Shown piece by piece: positions 6,660 to 7,285 of a stretch of 7,285 bases of DNA. Position 1 is the first letter of the stretch, and each line of letters begins with the position of its first letter. Source of the DNA: Octopus sinensis (lineage: Eukaryota); NCBI RefSeq assembly GCF_006345805.1, contig NW_021828912.1, positions 1 to 7,285 of the forward strand, in the 5' to 3' direction. A model generated the notes under the pieces. It was not told the DNA's origin, ran no database searches, and saw nothing but the letters and a program-made list of their open reading frames with translations. Position numbers and translations under genes: made by a program.

Positions 6660-6820
6660 GGCGCAGGCATGCCTGTGTGCATAGGCGCAGATGAGCGTGT
6701 GTGGTAAGAAGCTTGCTTTCCAACCACATGACTCCGGGTTCAGTCACACTGTCTGGCACCTCGGGCCAACCAAAGCCTTTTGAGTGGATTTGAAAGACAG
6801 AAACTGAAAGAAGTCCGTCG
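6660..6820 (+). mobile_element. SINE family C, 5' half with duplicated head and internal deletion
   Basis: GGCGCAG head at 6660 and again at 6684; homologous to 5521-5683 minus 26 bp. Confidence 0.8.
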
Positions 6821-6903
6821 TATAATATATATATATATATATATATGTGTACTGGTACACCGGCGATTATAATTAATTTTATTGTATCGCATTTATCTTT
6901 GTT

Positions 6904-6934
<31 letters not shown>

Positions 6935-6948
6935 TATATATAATATAT

Positions 6949-7050
6949 ACCGTTGCGATTTTTTCCTCCGTCTTCCCTTCTCTGGATCTTCCTTTTCCTA
7001 TGTTTCTCTCGAAGAGCTCCTCTCGAAACGTAAAACCCTACTTCTTCCCT
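6949..7050 (+). mobile_element. Probable Penelope-type pseudo-LTR remnant with a degenerate hammerhead motif
   Basis: GTTT | CTCTCGA A | GAG-CTCCT-CTC | GAAA | CG | TA | AAAC at 7002-7036; lies between (TA)n and (TCTA)n. Confidence 0.45.
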
Positions 7051-7132
7051 TCTATCTATCTATCTATCATCTATCTTCTATCTATCTATCTATCTATCTA
7101 TCTGTCTCTATCTATCTGTCTATCTATCTATC

Positions 7133-7196
<64 letters not shown>

Positions 7197-7198
7197 GG

Positions 7199-7236
<38 letters not shown>

Positions 7237-7237
7237 G

Positions 7238-7268
<31 letters not shown>

Positions 7269-7285
7269 GTCTGTCTATATGTCTG
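7051..7285. repeat. (TCTA)n microsatellite running to the window end
   Basis: Directly visible. Confidence 0.97.

Overview
AT-rich eukaryotic DNA made almost entirely of repeats. The SINE families resemble, from memory only, those of octopus/coleoid cephalopods, so the taxon is an inference. There is no intact gene. Contents: (i) a near-perfect 480-bp palindrome (407-886) whose arms each carry a non-canonical hammerhead-ribozyme-like fold; (ii) tRNA-derived SINEs of at least three families, all on +; (iii) a 521-bp TA-flanked Tc1/mariner-type MITE (3290-3810); (iv) a decayed Penelope-like (Neptune-type) linker plus GIY-YIG endonuclease fragment (5973-6626, -); (v) a decayed restriction-like-endonuclease non-LTR fragment that the ORF track missed (4355-4690, +); (vi) short cassettes embedded in microsatellites, several with hammerhead-like remnants; (vii) one candidate 38-codon host terminal exon (5023-5139, +); (viii) many microsatellites. 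Nearly all listed ORFs are repeat artefacts; only 6098..6433 is real, pseudogenised coding sequence.
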